19,614 bases of DNA from a virus (lineage: Duplodnaviria > Heunggongvirae > Uroviricota > Caudoviricetes): positions 1-19,614 of IMG/VR virus record IMGVR_UViG_2609459791_000004, one strand, 5' to 3'. Below the pieces are notes generated by a model. That model did no database searches. It was not told the origin of the DNA and saw only the letters and a program-made list of their open reading frames with translations. This document shows positions 1-9,523 of this stretch, piece by piece (positions within the stretch are counted from its first letter, which is position 1; the number at the start of each line of letters is the position of its first letter). The position numbers were made by a program, and so were the translations under genes.

Positions 1-1842
1 CTACGCCTCACCGCCGACACGCGTGGACCCATCATAATTTTTAATTTCAGTCGTTGATTTTAATACTTGGCCATCCCAGTAAACTAAAGGCCTGCTGAAC
101 GGCAGAGCGGCTATATATGCCATTGCTAATTGTTCATCTTGTTGATGGTTAAATAGAAAGTCATTGAAAAGATTACCATTGTTAGGAAAATCGTGGTTAA
201 TGTTAATCAATATCCGTCTTTCTGATGGGATACTTGAGATTGTGGAACCCGGTTTTGATGCAAGGGTTTGGAGATCTCCACCAAATGAAAAGGCTTTTAT
301 CGTTTTCATGAGCAATGAAAAATCAATGGCGCTTAAATCATCTCTTTCATAAAGCAGTGATGACATTTGTTGTTCATCCAACTGACAAGTTACCAGATAT
401 TCCATGTAATTCATAACGGCTTTTTTATGATATTTTGGGTTAAATAAGTTAGTATTGTGTAACCGCTCATTATAATTTTTAAGCGGTGGGGTTATTGATC
501 TTTCTATTTGTTCATGTTTTGAGTGTTTTGCCGCATCATAACGTAAACCTCGTACGCCATATTTTCGCATTTCACGAACGTATTGATTTTGCAACATAAT
601 AACCTGGTCACTTTTGGGTGTTGTTTTAGGCATTCCATTTAAACGCTTTTCTTTTAATGCATGGAGGTTTTCCCATTCATCCTTAGAGATGTTATCTTTA
701 CTTGCTTCGAAGTCTTTTGCAGTGAGATGTATATCTTCTGGATGGATTTGTTTACGTTCTTTTGTTACTGGATCTATAGTAAATGGAATCAAAACCTGAC
801 CTTGCCAATAGCCAGGGATACCACTTTCTATATCTTTACTGATCTTCGCTCGTATATCAGCAGAGGGATAATCCAGGTCATTTTTACCACTACCCCCGAT
901 TCCCATAAAGTTAAAGGTATAATCAGGAATGATATCGATACCAAATTTTTTAGCATCTTTAACCAATGCGATAAAATCCTGCAAATCTCCCATTGGATTG
1001 TGGATGGTACAAAGATCTTCGGGTTGATAAGCGTGAAACCAGTAACCTTTTTCTTCTTCGGGAGTTTCTGGTCCGTCGGCACGGAAAGTTGTCACTGGAG
1101 GGATTTGTATATACCCATAATGGCAACGTGCAAATTCAGACATATTTTCTCTGATCTGCTGGTAGGTGGCATTAAAAGCATGAATAATCGCTTCGCCAGG
1201 TTTTTTGGGGGTGATGATTTCACATTGTGATTTCTGAACAGCAGTAAGAGATTTACGCTCAAGTGTTTGCCGTAGATGTTCTGGATTGATTAATATTTTA
1301 AATGTTTCTTGCTGTCCGGAAGGTGACGTCACGTTAATATTATATACATCGGCTGCCAGCTCATAGTCAGGAATGTTAATAGCATATGCAACATATTTAT
1401 CTTTTGGGGAAGGTTTGTCAGATATAATGTGGGTGAAGTGTTCAGCAGGACCATACTGATAAACACCGCTGTTATCACCTCTTTCAATCATTGTATCTCG
1501 TTGATAAACCCATGTTTTTCCTTCTCCTATCCTGTCTGGCGCTGTAATGCTACGCTGTGCTGCTTTATTCAACTCTCGATAAGTTGTATCTGGAGAAAGG
1601 GAAATTTTATAATCGTTTTTTAACAGATCATTAATAACTTTTTCTGCGTGAAAAGTTGATATAATTTCTCTGTCTTTTAATCCTTGAGGGTAAACTCCAC
1701 AAGAATTAATAATATTTGTTATACAGTTTAGATATTCTAATGTATTTAATTTGGAATTTAGATCCCCGTCAGTAATGTTCCATGATAACAATGTGGGGTT
1801 GTCGATAGGTAAATTTCTGGGTCCTGGTTTTATAGAAAACAT
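1..1842 (-). CDS. alpha-amylase family (GH13-like) glycoside hydrolase; C-terminus runs off the window start (partial)
   Basis: 613-aa ORF with no stop before position 1. Translated motifs GIDIIPDYTFNF (region I-like), GVRGLRYDAAKH (GH13 region II, GFRxDAAKH with catalytic Asp) and ININHDFP (region IV NHD). AGGAA Shine-Dalgarno about 7 nt upstream of the ATG at 1842. AT-rich relative to neighbouring phage DNA. Position next to a tRNA-Ile(CAU) recalls E. coli ygaQ/ileY, but this is not verified. Confidence 0.6.
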   Translation of the reverse strand: MFSIKPGPRNLPIDNPTLLSWNITDGDLNSKLNTLEYLNCITNIINSCGVYPQGLKDREIISTFHAEKVINDLLKNDYKISLSPDTTYRELNKAAQRSITAPDRIGEGKTWVYQRDTMIERGDNSGVYQYGPAEHFTHIISDKPSPKDKYVAYAINIPDYELAADVYNINVTSPSGQQETFKILINPEHLRQTLERKSLTAVQKSQCEIITPKKPGEAIIHAFNATYQQIRENMSEFARCHYGYIQIPPVTTFRADGPETPEEEKGYWFHAYQPEDLCTIHNPMGDLQDFIALVKDAKKFGIDIIPDYTFNFMGIGGSGKNDLDYPSADIRAKISKDIESGIPGYWQGQVLIPFTIDPVTKERKQIHPEDIHLTAKDFEASKDNISKDEWENLHALKEKRLNGMPKTTPKSDQVIMLQNQYVREMRKYGVRGLRYDAAKHSKHEQIERSITPPLKNYNERLHNTNLFNPKYHKKAVMNYMEYLVTCQLDEQQMSSLLYERDDLSAIDFSLLMKTIKAFSFGGDLQTLASKPGSTISSIPSERRILININHDFPNNGNLFNDFLFNHQQDEQLAMAYIAALPFSRPLVYWDGQVLKSTTEIKNYDGSTRVGGEA

Positions 1843-2401
1843 AATAAAGTTCCTCTAATGGTAGAGTAATATGATGTATACGGAAACATAAAAATGTTTA
1901 ATTGTTGTGAAAGTAATTGCAAACAGATGTCCTACTTTTATCCAATATTTATATGGAAAAGGATAATGCTTAAATCTGTTTTATTAATTATCGATGTGGT
2001 CTGGAGAGGCAACTGTCAAAAATCGCTCATACGAAACTAATGATTAGCAGAATAAGATCTATGAAAGAATATATTGCTATACGAAGTTTATTTTTATGGA
2101 GTGAAAAGTAACAGATATCATAATGATGCGAAAACTCTTCAGCTAATGTAATAAAGTTATATTATTAGATACAAAATCATTACAAAGTATCATTGAATCG
2201 ATGATAACTATAGATAGTGCTAATTATAAACATTTGCTTGTTGACTGCGAGTATCGACTTTGCGAATGGAGGCGGTGTCGGGTTTTATGTCGCGTGTAAT
2301 CACGACCCAAGGTGAATGGGAACGCATAAAAATCTGTTATTTACATCATATGATCATCATGTTTATTGCGTGGTTTATAAGTATTGTTATTGCACACTCA
2401 A

Positions 2402-2477
2402 GGCCCTTTAGCTCAGTGGTTAGAGCAGGCGACTCATAATCGCTTGGTCGCTGGTTCAAGTCCAGCAAGGGCCACCA
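2402..2477 (+). tRNA. tRNA with CAU anticodon, Ile2 (lysidine) type rather than Met
   Basis: 76-nt cloverleaf read directly: acceptor GGCCCTT/AAGGGCC, D-arm GCTC-AGTGGTTA-GAGC, anticodon loop CTCATAA (anticodon CAT), T-arm GCTGG-TTCAAGT-CCAGC, discriminator A and encoded CCA. Matches my recollection of E. coli ileX/ileY rather than metT or initiator tRNA. The ORF-track frame starting at 2384 reads through it and is an artifact. Confidence 0.88.
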
Positions 2478-3556
2478 AATCATTATTTACGTATCAGGAA
2501 GAGTTAAGGGTACAAGGGGTACTGGCGGACGTTAAAGCCCAGCCCTCCCATATCAGCAAGCCGCTGATGCAACGTATTGAATACTTCAGCAGCCTGGGCA
2601 GGCCAAAGGCTTATTCCCGCTATTTGCGTGAGACGATTAAGCCATGTCTGGAACGACTGGAGCATGTACGCGACAGTCAGCTATCCACTTCTTTTCGCTT
2701 TATGGCAAGCCATGAAGGGCTGGACGGCCTGCTGATCCTGCCTGAAATGAGTCAGGATCAGGTGAAACGCCTGTCTACTCTTGTCGCTGCGCATATGAGC
2801 ATGTGTCTTGATGCCGCTTGTGGTGATTTGTACGCCACCGATGATGTTAAGCCAGAAGAAATCCGCAAGACATGGGAAAAGGTGGCAGCAGAAACCCTGC
2901 GACTGGATGTCATACCGCCTGCGTTTGAGCAACTCCGCCGGAAAAGAAACCGCCGTAAACCCGTGCCCTATGAACTCATTCCGGGTTCGCTGGCGCGTAT
3001 GTTGTGCGCCGACTGGTGGTACCGGAAATTATGGAAGATGCGTTGCGAATGGCGGGAAGAGCAGTTGCGTGCTGTTTGCCTGGTCAGCAAAAAAGCATCT
3101 CCCTATGTCAGCTATGAAGCCGTGATGCATAAACGTGAGCAGCGCCGTAAGTCGCTGGAGTTTTTCCGTTCTCATGAACTGGTGAACGAAGACGGCGACA
3201 CGCTGGACATGGAGGATGTGGTAAACGCCAGCAGCAGCAACCCTGCGCATCGCCGCAATGAGATGATGGCCTGTGTTAAAGGTCTGGAGCTTATCGCGGA
3301 AATGCGCGGTGACTGCGCCGTTTTCTACACCATCACCTGTCCGTCACGTTTCCATTCCACGCTAAATAACGGCAGGCCCAACCCGACCTGGACAAATACG
3401 ACGGTAAGACAAAGCAGTGATTATCTGGTCGGCATGTTTGCTGCATTTCGTAAGGCGATGCACAAAGCCGGATTGCGCTGGTATGGCGTGCGGGTGACCG
3501 AAGTGCTGGAATGGCGGTATAAAGCGATTCAGAGAAGCGGGGCCAACGATGAGTGA
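2478..3556 (+). pseudogene. phage rolling-circle replication protein (P2/186 gene A-like) fragment, abutting the tRNA and running into the tape-measure start
   Basis: Open frame continues from the tRNA to 3556 with no credible start or RBS; first in-frame ATG is at 2567. Contains [14 protein letters not shown], which resembles Rep motif 1 of the phage GPA family from memory, but no HUH or active-site Tyr region follows. Its stop overlaps the tape-measure ATG, so the 3' part may derive from another gene (for example E'). Identity is from recalled motifs only. Confidence 0.35.
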
Positions 3557-5901
3557 TAACAACCTGCGTCTGCAGGTCATTCTTAATGCGGTTGACAAGC
3601 TCACCCGCCCATTTCGATCTGCGCAGGCCAGTTCAAGAGAACTGGCTGCTGCTGTCAAAAAATCCCGCGATGCAATAAAGCAGCTTGATCAGGCCGGGAG
3701 CAGTCTGGACAGCTTCCGAAAGCTGCAGGCAGAAAATCAGAAATTAGGCGACAGGCTGAACTATGCCCGCCAGCGTGCAAATTTGCTCAGTCAGGAACTG
3801 GGAGCGATGGGGCCGCCTTCGCAACGTCAGGTTGTTGCTCTGGGCCGTCAACGGCTGGCTGTTCAGCGCCTGGAAGAACGCCAGAAAAAGCTGCAGCAGC
3901 AGACGGCGCTTGTGCGTGCTGAACTGTACCGGGCGGGAATTTCTGCGAAAGACGATGCGGGAGCAACTGCCCGTTTAGCCCGTGAAACATCACGTTATAA
4001 CCAGGAACTTTCGAAACAGGAGGCGCGGCTGAAGCGACTGGGGGAAGCTCAGCGCAGGATGAATGCAGCGCGTGCCAGTTATGCCCGTTCGCTGGAGGTG
4101 CGTGATCGTATTGCAGGTGCCGGAGCCACCACCACGGCTGCAGGGCTGGCAATGGGCGCACCAGTGATGGCGGCAGTAAAAAGCTATACCAGCATGGAAG
4201 ATGCCATGAAAGGTGTGGCAAAGCAGGTCAATGGTCTGCGTGACGATAATGGCAACCGCACTGCACGTTTTTATGAAATGCAGGATGCCATCAAGGCTGC
4301 CAGCGAACAGTTGCCGATGGAAAACGGTGCGGTGGATTTCGCTGCACTGGTTGAAGGTGGTGCGCGCATGAACGTCGCAAACCCTGACGACAGTTGGGAA
4401 GATCAGAAACGTGACCTGCTGGCCTTCGCCAGTACGGCAGCAAAGGCGGCAACAGCCTTTGAGCTGCCAGCGGATGAACTGTCAGAAAGTCTGGGGAAAA
4501 TCGCCCAGCTCTACAAAATCCCCACCCGCAATATTGAACAGCTCGGTGATGCGCTGAACTATCTGGATGATAACGCCATGTCGAAAGGGGCAGACATCAT
4601 TGATGTGATGCAACGTCTGGGCGGTGTGGCTGACCGTCTGGATTATCGTAAAGCGGCGGCGCTGGGTTCCACCTTCCTGACACTGGGCGCTGCGCCAGAG
4701 GTTGCAGCCAGTGCAGCAAACGCGATGGTGCGTGAATTGTCCATTGCCACCATGCAAAGCAAGAGTTTCTTTGAAGGGATGAATCTGCTGAAACTCAATC
4801 CTGAAGTGATTGAAAAGCAGATGACGAAGGATGCGATGGGAACCATCCAGCGCGTGCTGGAGAAGGTAAACGCGCTGCCGCAGGACAAGCGCCTGTCTGC
4901 CATGACTATGTTGTTTGGTAAAGAGTTTGGCGATGACGCGGCGAAACTGGCAAACAACCTGCCGGAACTGCAGCGTCAGTTAAAACTGACAGCGGGCAAT
5001 GATGCGCTCGGCTCCATGCAGAAAGAATCCGACATTAACAAGGATTCACTTTCTGCGCAGTGGTTGCTGGTCAAAACCGGAGCGCAGAACACCTTCAGCA
5101 GCCTGGGCGAAACGCTGCGCCAGTGCAGCGTTCGAACCGCTTAAGCCCGTGTTCCAGTGGATTGGCGACAAAGTGCAGGCGCTGTGGGGCTGGTTTACTG
5201 ATCTGCTGACGCCCGTTAAGTCGACCTCTGCCGAACTGCAGAGCGCAGCGGCAATGGGGCGGCGATTCGGGGAGGCACTGGCGGAAGGGCTGAATATGGT
5301 CATGCATCCGCTGGACTCCCTGAAATCCGGCGTTTCCTGGTTGCTGGAGAAGCTCGGCATTGTCAGTAAAGAGGCCGCAAAGGCAAAACTGCCGGAAAGC
5401 GTGACGCGTCAGCAACCTGCGACGGTGAATGCAGACGGTAAAGTGATGATGCCATCGGGTGGTTTTCCATCATGGGGATATGGCTTTGCGGGGATGTATG
5501 ACAGCGGCGGGGATATCCCGCGCGGGCAGTTTGGCATCGTCGGTGAAAACGGGCCGGAAATTGTTAACGGCCCGGCAAATGTGACCAGCCGGAGAAATAC
5601 AGCTGCACTGGCTGCCGTTGTTGCCGGAATGATGGGCGTTGCTGCCGCGCCAGCAGAGCTTCCACCGTTGCACCCCTTGGCACTTCCCGCGAAAGGTGGA
5701 GAAGCAATTGTGAGTCGCGCAGCCACTGTGCCGCTCGTTCAACGGATTGAGGCACCGACGCAGATCATCATTCAGACGCAGCCAGGACAAAGTGCGCAGG
5801 ATATTGCGCGGGAGGTGGCACGCCAGCTTGATGAACGTGAACGCAGGCTGAAGGCAAAAGCCAGGAGTAACTACAGCGATCAGGGGGGATACGACGCATG
5901 A
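3549..5901 (+). pseudogene. P2-like tail tape measure protein (gpT), interrupted by a +1 frameshift near 5100-5145
   Basis: Two overlapping ORFs, 3549-5144 (531 aa) and frame +1 ending at 5901, together give about 784 aa, close to P2 gpT size. N-terminus [22 protein letters not shown], coiled-coil Q/R/A/L-rich composition and a Gly/Ala-rich C-terminus are typical of tape measure proteins. Frame 1 stops at 5142-5144 while the downstream frame carries ...AAFEPLKPVFQWIGDKV. Confidence 0.75.
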
Positions 5902-6383
5902 TGATGGTGCTGGGATTGTACGTGTTTATGCTGCGCACCGTTCCGTATCAGGAACTGCAGTATCAACGCAGCTGGCGACATGCGGCAAACAGTCGGGTAA
6001 ACCGACGTCCGTCCACGCAGTTTCTGGGACCGGAAAACGACATGCTGACGCTTTCCGGTGTTCTTATGCCGGAGATAACAGGCGGCAGGCTGTCGTTGCT
6101 GGCACTGGAGCAGATGGCAGAACAGGGGAAAGCGTGGCCCCTGATTGAAGGCAGTGGCACGATTTACGGTATGTATGTGATTGAGGGACTGAATCAGACT
6201 AAAACGGAGTTTTTCCGCGATGGTATGCCGCGCCGGATTGAGTTTACCCTGTCGCTCAAACGGGTGGATGAATCCCTGTCCGATATGTTCGGTGATCTCA
6301 GTGCGCAGCTGAATAATTTGCAGGATACGGCAACGTCTGCCTTAAGCGATATCAGTAAAACGGTGGGAGGGCTGCTGTCGTGA
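5898..6383 (+). CDS. P2-like tail protein U
   Basis: 161-aa ORF whose ATG overlaps the tape-measure stop (ATGA). Size and position between T and D match the P2 T-U-D order. Confidence 0.75.
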   Translation: MMMVLGLYVFMLRTVPYQELQYQRSWRHAANSRVNRRPSTQFLGPENDMLTLSGVLMPEITGGRLSLLALEQMAEQGKAWPLIEGSGTIYGMYVIEGLNQTKTEFFRDGMPRRIEFTLSLKRVDESLSDMFGDLSAQLNNLQDTATSALSDISKTVGGLLS

Positions 6384-7480
6384 ATTTCAGCTCTGAACTG
6401 CTTAACAAAGGCAACAAAACTCCGGCATTCAGCATCAGTATTGAAGGCAGGGATATCACTACTGTGCTGGACAACCGCCTGATGGGGCTTACGCTGACGG
6501 ATAACCGGGGCTTTGAAGCGGACCAGCTTGATCTGGAGCTGGACGACGCCGATGGAAAAATCGTGCTGCCGCGCCGTGGTGCGGTCATTACGCTGGCGCT
6601 GGGCTGGAAGGGGCAGCCGCTTTTCCCGAAAGGGGCATTCACGGTGGACGAGATTGAACACACTGGCGCACCGGACCGCCTGACTATCCGGGCGCGAAGT
6701 GCTGATTTTCGTGAAACACTGAATACCCGCCGTGAAAAATCGTGGCATAAGACCACCGTCGGGGAAGTGGTGAAGGAAATAGCCGCGCGGCACAAGCTGA
6801 AGATGGCACTGGGTAAAGACCTGTCGGATAAGCCAGTGGAGCATATAGACCAGACTAATGAGAGTGACGGCAGTTTTCTGATGCGGCTGGCGCGACAGTA
6901 CGGTGCCATCGCGTCGGTGAAAAATGGCAATCTGTTATTCATCCGGCAGGGGCAGGGCAAAAGCGCCACTGGTAAACCTCTGCCAGTGATCACTATCACA
7001 CGCAAGGACGGCGACAGTCACCGATTTACCCTGGCAGATCGCGGAGCTTACACGGGCGTAATTGCCAGCTGGTTGCATACCCGCGAACCCGCGAAGAAAG
7101 AAAGCACCGCGGTGAAGCGTAAGCGCAGGACTAAGAAGCAGAAGAAAGAGCCGGAAACGAAGCAGGGCGATTATCTGGTGGGTACGGATGAAAACGTGCT
7201 GGTACTTAATCGCACCTATGCTAATCGGAGTAACGCCGAACGGGCAGCGAAAATGCAGTGGGAACGCCTGCAACGCGGCGTTGCGTCATTCTCGCTACAA
7301 CTGGCGGAAGGGCGGGCAGATCTCTACACGGAAATGCCAGTGAAAGTCAGTGGCTTTAAACAGCCGATAGATGATGCGGAATGGACCATTACGACTCTGA
7401 CGCATACCGTCAGCCCCGATAACGGTTTTACAACCAGTATTGAACTCGAAGTGAAGATTAATGATCTTGAAATGGAATAA
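6380..7480 (+). CDS. P2-like late tail protein D
   Basis: 366-aa ORF with GTG start overlapping the U stop. Position directly upstream of ogr matches the P2 order, and size is close to P2 gpD. Confidence 0.78.
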   Translation: MNFSSELLNKGNKTPAFSISIEGRDITTVLDNRLMGLTLTDNRGFEADQLDLELDDADGKIVLPRRGAVITLALGWKGQPLFPKGAFTVDEIEHTGAPDRLTIRARSADFRETLNTRREKSWHKTTVGEVVKEIAARHKLKMALGKDLSDKPVEHIDQTNESDGSFLMRLARQYGAIASVKNGNLLFIRQGQGKSATGKPLPVITITRKDGDSHRFTLADRGAYTGVIASWLHTREPAKKESTAVKRKRRTKKQKKEPETKQGDYLVGTDENVLVLNRTYANRSNAERAAKMQWERLQRGVASFSLQLAEGRADLYTEMPVKVSGFKQPIDDAEWTITTLTHTVSPDNGFTTSIELEVKINDLEME

Positions 7481-7548
7481 AGTGTTCTCAATATTGATAT
7501 TTTTTGTATCATTACAATGATTCTGATAGCAAAGGTAGGGATCTGGAT

Positions 7549-7767
7549 ATGATGAATTGTCCAAAGTGTGGTCATGCGGCACACACAAGGAGCAGTTTTC
7601 AAGTAACTGAAAGCACCAAAGAGCGTTACTGCCAGTGCCAAAATATTAACTGCGGGAGCACTTTTGTTACTCATGAAACAGTGGTCCGGTTTATTGTGAC
7701 ACCCGCACTGATTGCTACTGCTCCTCCACATCCATTGCCAGGTGGTCAGGGGCATATGAATTTTTGA
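7549..7767 (+). CDS. ogr: Ogr/Delta-family zinc-finger late transcription activator
   Basis: 72-aa product MMNCPKCGHAAHTRSSFQVTESTKERYCQCQNINCGSTF with the CxxC-N22-CxxxxC zinc finger of P2 Ogr. GGTAGGG Shine-Dalgarno about 8 nt upstream of the ATG at 7549. The ORF-track start at 7504 (TTG) is probably too long. Confidence 0.85.
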   Translation: MMNCPKCGHAAHTRSSFQVTESTKERYCQCQNINCGSTFVTHETVVRFIVTPALIATAPPHPLPGGQGHMNF

Positions 7768-7774
7768 GAAAGAG

Positions 7775-7797
7775 AACCTGCTACGGCAGGTTTTTAT
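7775..7797 (+). terminator. rho-independent terminator downstream of ogr
   Basis: Hairpin CCTGC-tacg-GCAGG followed by TTTTTATT, starting 8 nt after the ogr stop. Confidence 0.7.
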
Positions 7798-7907
7798 TCA
7801 TCTGGGATCTCACCCGTTTCAAGAAAATGTATAAAGCCAGGCTCATCTATGATGATTGTGCCTTTCATCCTGGCTGCCGATACTTTTGATGGGCCTGCAT
7901 TGTAACC

Positions 7908-8285
7908 TCAACAGAGCATCTGAAGGCTTTGGGTTATAGAGGTTCTTACCGTTAATCCTTGTTCATTCGCCTTATCAACCAATCTTTCTTTATCTGCTTT
8001 CTTAAATCCGGTGAAACACACATCGAATGTATTTTTTTTCGGACCAGACTGCTTAGTGAGATGTGAGTAGCTTTCGGGGAGGAATGACGCGCATTCCTGA
8101 ATGGCTTGTTCTGGTGAATCGTACTGTTTAAGAATGCGGTCTTTTCGGAAGGTTTTTATTCGATCGGTGTTCTTACAAATGCCCTGTATATGATTTTCGC
8201 TATAACTGATGCTCTGTATAGAGTGAACAGCGATACGACCATTTGCATTGATGTAAACAAAGTGAAGTTCTTCCATGTGAAACAT
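7908..8285 (-). CDS. hypothetical protein with WYL-like N-terminal region and a truncated BRCT-like C-terminal segment
   Basis: 125-aa ORF in AT-rich DNA. N-terminal FVYINANGRIAVHSIQSIS...RIKTFRKDRI resembles the WYL-domain RxFRxDRI signature. C-terminal FDVCFTGFKKADKERLVDKANEQGLTV looks like the start of a BRCT fold but stops early. No clear Shine-Dalgarno. Confidence 0.35.
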   Translation of the reverse strand: MFHMEELHFVYINANGRIAVHSIQSISYSENHIQGICKNTDRIKTFRKDRILKQYDSPEQAIQECASFLPESYSHLTKQSGPKKNTFDVCFTGFKKADKERLVDKANEQGLTVRTSITQSLQMLC

Positions 8286-8363
8286 CTTTGCATGATTTCA
8301 AGATGGTGACAGGCAAGATGGACGCAAAAGTCTGTCGCCATTTTGCCGCCACTACCAAAGAAA

Positions 8364-8398
8364 AAGGGGCTACGCTTTCACGTAACCCCTTGATTTAT
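8364..8398. terminator. bidirectional hairpin flanked by A/T runs
   Basis: GGGGCTACG-ctttca-CGTAACCCC (9-bp stem, one mismatch) with AAAAA on the 5' side and TTGATTTATTT on the 3' side. Confidence 0.4.
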
Positions 8399-8421
8399 TT
8401 GGTGGGCTGGCGGAGTCTGAA
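8399..8421 (-). other. candidate attR core of the P4-like element: degenerate copy of the 3' end of the tmRNA gene ssrA
   Basis: Plus strand TTGGTGGGCTGGCGGAGTCTGAA resembles the reverse complement of the ssrA 3' end as I recall it (TGGTGGAGCTGGCGGGAGTTGAA) with two 1-nt gaps and one mismatch. It lies just outside the crr-like iterons, at the end of the element opposite an IntA-like integrase. From memory only, no alignment run. Confidence 0.3.
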
Positions 8422-8583
8422 TAACTCACGTAAATATCTGTTAATAGGTGGCTTTAACCAATTCAACTTTCTTCGGTATACCTAAGCGTATACCAATGGC
8501 GATTTGTTGCAGCGCTTCCTGTGATTAAGAGAACCTGTTTTTGGATAAATCACATCTAGAAAAAAACTTTTTTTTAGAAAAAC

Positions 8584-8675
8584 TGTTCACACTGTTCACT
8601 GTGCATTTTTATTTATAAAATTCATGACATTACGGGGTGAATGGTTGGTGAACAGTGAACACTTTACTGTTCATT
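8584..8675. repeat. iteron cluster resembling P4 crr (cis replication region), with adjacent A/T tract
   Basis: TGTTCAC at 8584-8590 and 8594-8600; GGTGAACA at 8647-8654; GTGAACA at 8655-8661; degenerate copies at 8636-8642 and 8668-8675. Both orientations present. Preceded by AAAAAAACTTTTTTTT at 8561-8580. TGTTCACC is, from memory, the P4 type I iteron bound by alpha. Confidence 0.6.
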
Positions 8676-8722
8676 TTACTGGCTCACAGAGGATTACCAT
8701 ACGAATCCTTAAGGACTTGCGG

Positions 8723-9523
8723 TCATTTTCGCCATTCTCTTGTTCCACTAATGTTAGACATCACATCGTCGAAGTTGAATTTTGGATCTGTATCTGGATT
8801 AAATTGGCCATTTTTACTTTCATAAATGAAATTTTGACAATCACAATTGCTGTCACTTTCGCCGCAGTCCATGCATTCAGCATTACAGTAATCTATCATC
8901 CTATCAATGGCATCCCAGGGCTCATAATCGTAGTCGAAATGTCCATAACCACTACTGCCATAAATTCTTCCATTTATGAAGTCGTCAATGTCACTAATAT
9001 TTCTTAACTGGCAGTTGAAAATATTTGATATAGGTCTAAGGACTACCCTCGCATAATCAAATTTGTATAAGGGCATTTCAAAGAAAACCTTACCATTATC
9101 AGCTTTAAGACTGTGAAAAGATAAATCTCCATATTTTTCTATAAGTTCCTTATATCTTTTTTTATCCAGCTCAACATGCTTGAATGAGTTGTTAATCGCA
9201 TCCAAAAGAGAAAACTTATTGCTAATGTGCTTACTCCCATCCACTTCATATCGTTTATCGAAGCTTTTAATAAAATCAGTTCTGGTTATTTCAGTTTTCT
9301 TTTTTGCAATAAATATCATGTAATCAACAACGTGAGCCAAGATTGCGTTAAATGAAAATACATGATGAAGCTTCAGTGTATTGTTGTTTAGTATTGTGAA
9401 AAACTCTTCAGATGCTGGGGTTAAAACATTATCCAAATAAGAAAGGAGATAGCTTGCATCTTTTTCATCGGAGCTGCCTGTGTATAGTTCTATTGCGCTT
9501 CCTTGATGGTTGAGATTTATCAT
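8723..9523 (-). CDS. hypothetical Cys-rich protein, cargo ORF between the crr-like iterons and alpha
   Basis: 266-aa ORF in an AT-rich block inside the GC-rich satellite backbone. C-terminal cluster CNAECMDCGESDSNCDCQ suggests possible metal binding. No family recognised. Confidence 0.55.
   Translation of the reverse strand: MINLNHQGSAIELYTGSSDEKDASYLLSYLDNVLTPASEEFFTILNNNTLKLHHVFSFNAILAHVVDYMIFIAKKKTEITRTDFIKSFDKRYEVDGSKHISNKFSLLDAINNSFKHVELDKKRYKELIEKYGDLSFHSLKADNGKVFFEMPLYKFDYARVVLRPISNIFNCQLRNISDIDDFINGRIYGSSGYGHFDYDYEPWDAIDRMIDYCNAECMDCGESDSNCDCQNFIYESKNGQFNPDTDPKFNFDDVMSNISGTREWRK

Larger units (their letters stand above)
2478..7800 (+). mobile_element. P2/186-like prophage remnant (replication fragment, frameshifted T, U, D, ogr)
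   Basis: Conserved T-U-D-ogr order begins directly at the tRNA 3' end. No integrase, capsid or lysis genes. GC-rich versus AT-rich flanks. Confidence 0.7.

Noticed and set aside
2384-2477. ORF-track start of the 390-aa frame inside the tRNA
   Set aside because: The first 30 or so codons are the tRNA gene itself. The frame is open by chance or by fusion, and no start or RBS exists there.
3787-7273. Antisense and alternate-frame ORFs within the tape-measure and D genes (for example 3787-4221, 6194-6844, 6352-7005)
   Set aside because: They overlap well-supported tail genes in GC-rich DNA and lack start signals.
8288-8485. 65-aa plus-strand ORF
   Set aside because: Overlaps the bidirectional hairpin and att-like site, has no RBS, and its translation looks random.
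7771-8537. 11-bp direct repeat AAGAGAACCTG followed by a T-run at 7771 and 8527, considered as att sites
   Set aside because: An 11-mer recurring once in about 20 kb is expected by chance, and one copy is simply part of the ogr terminator.
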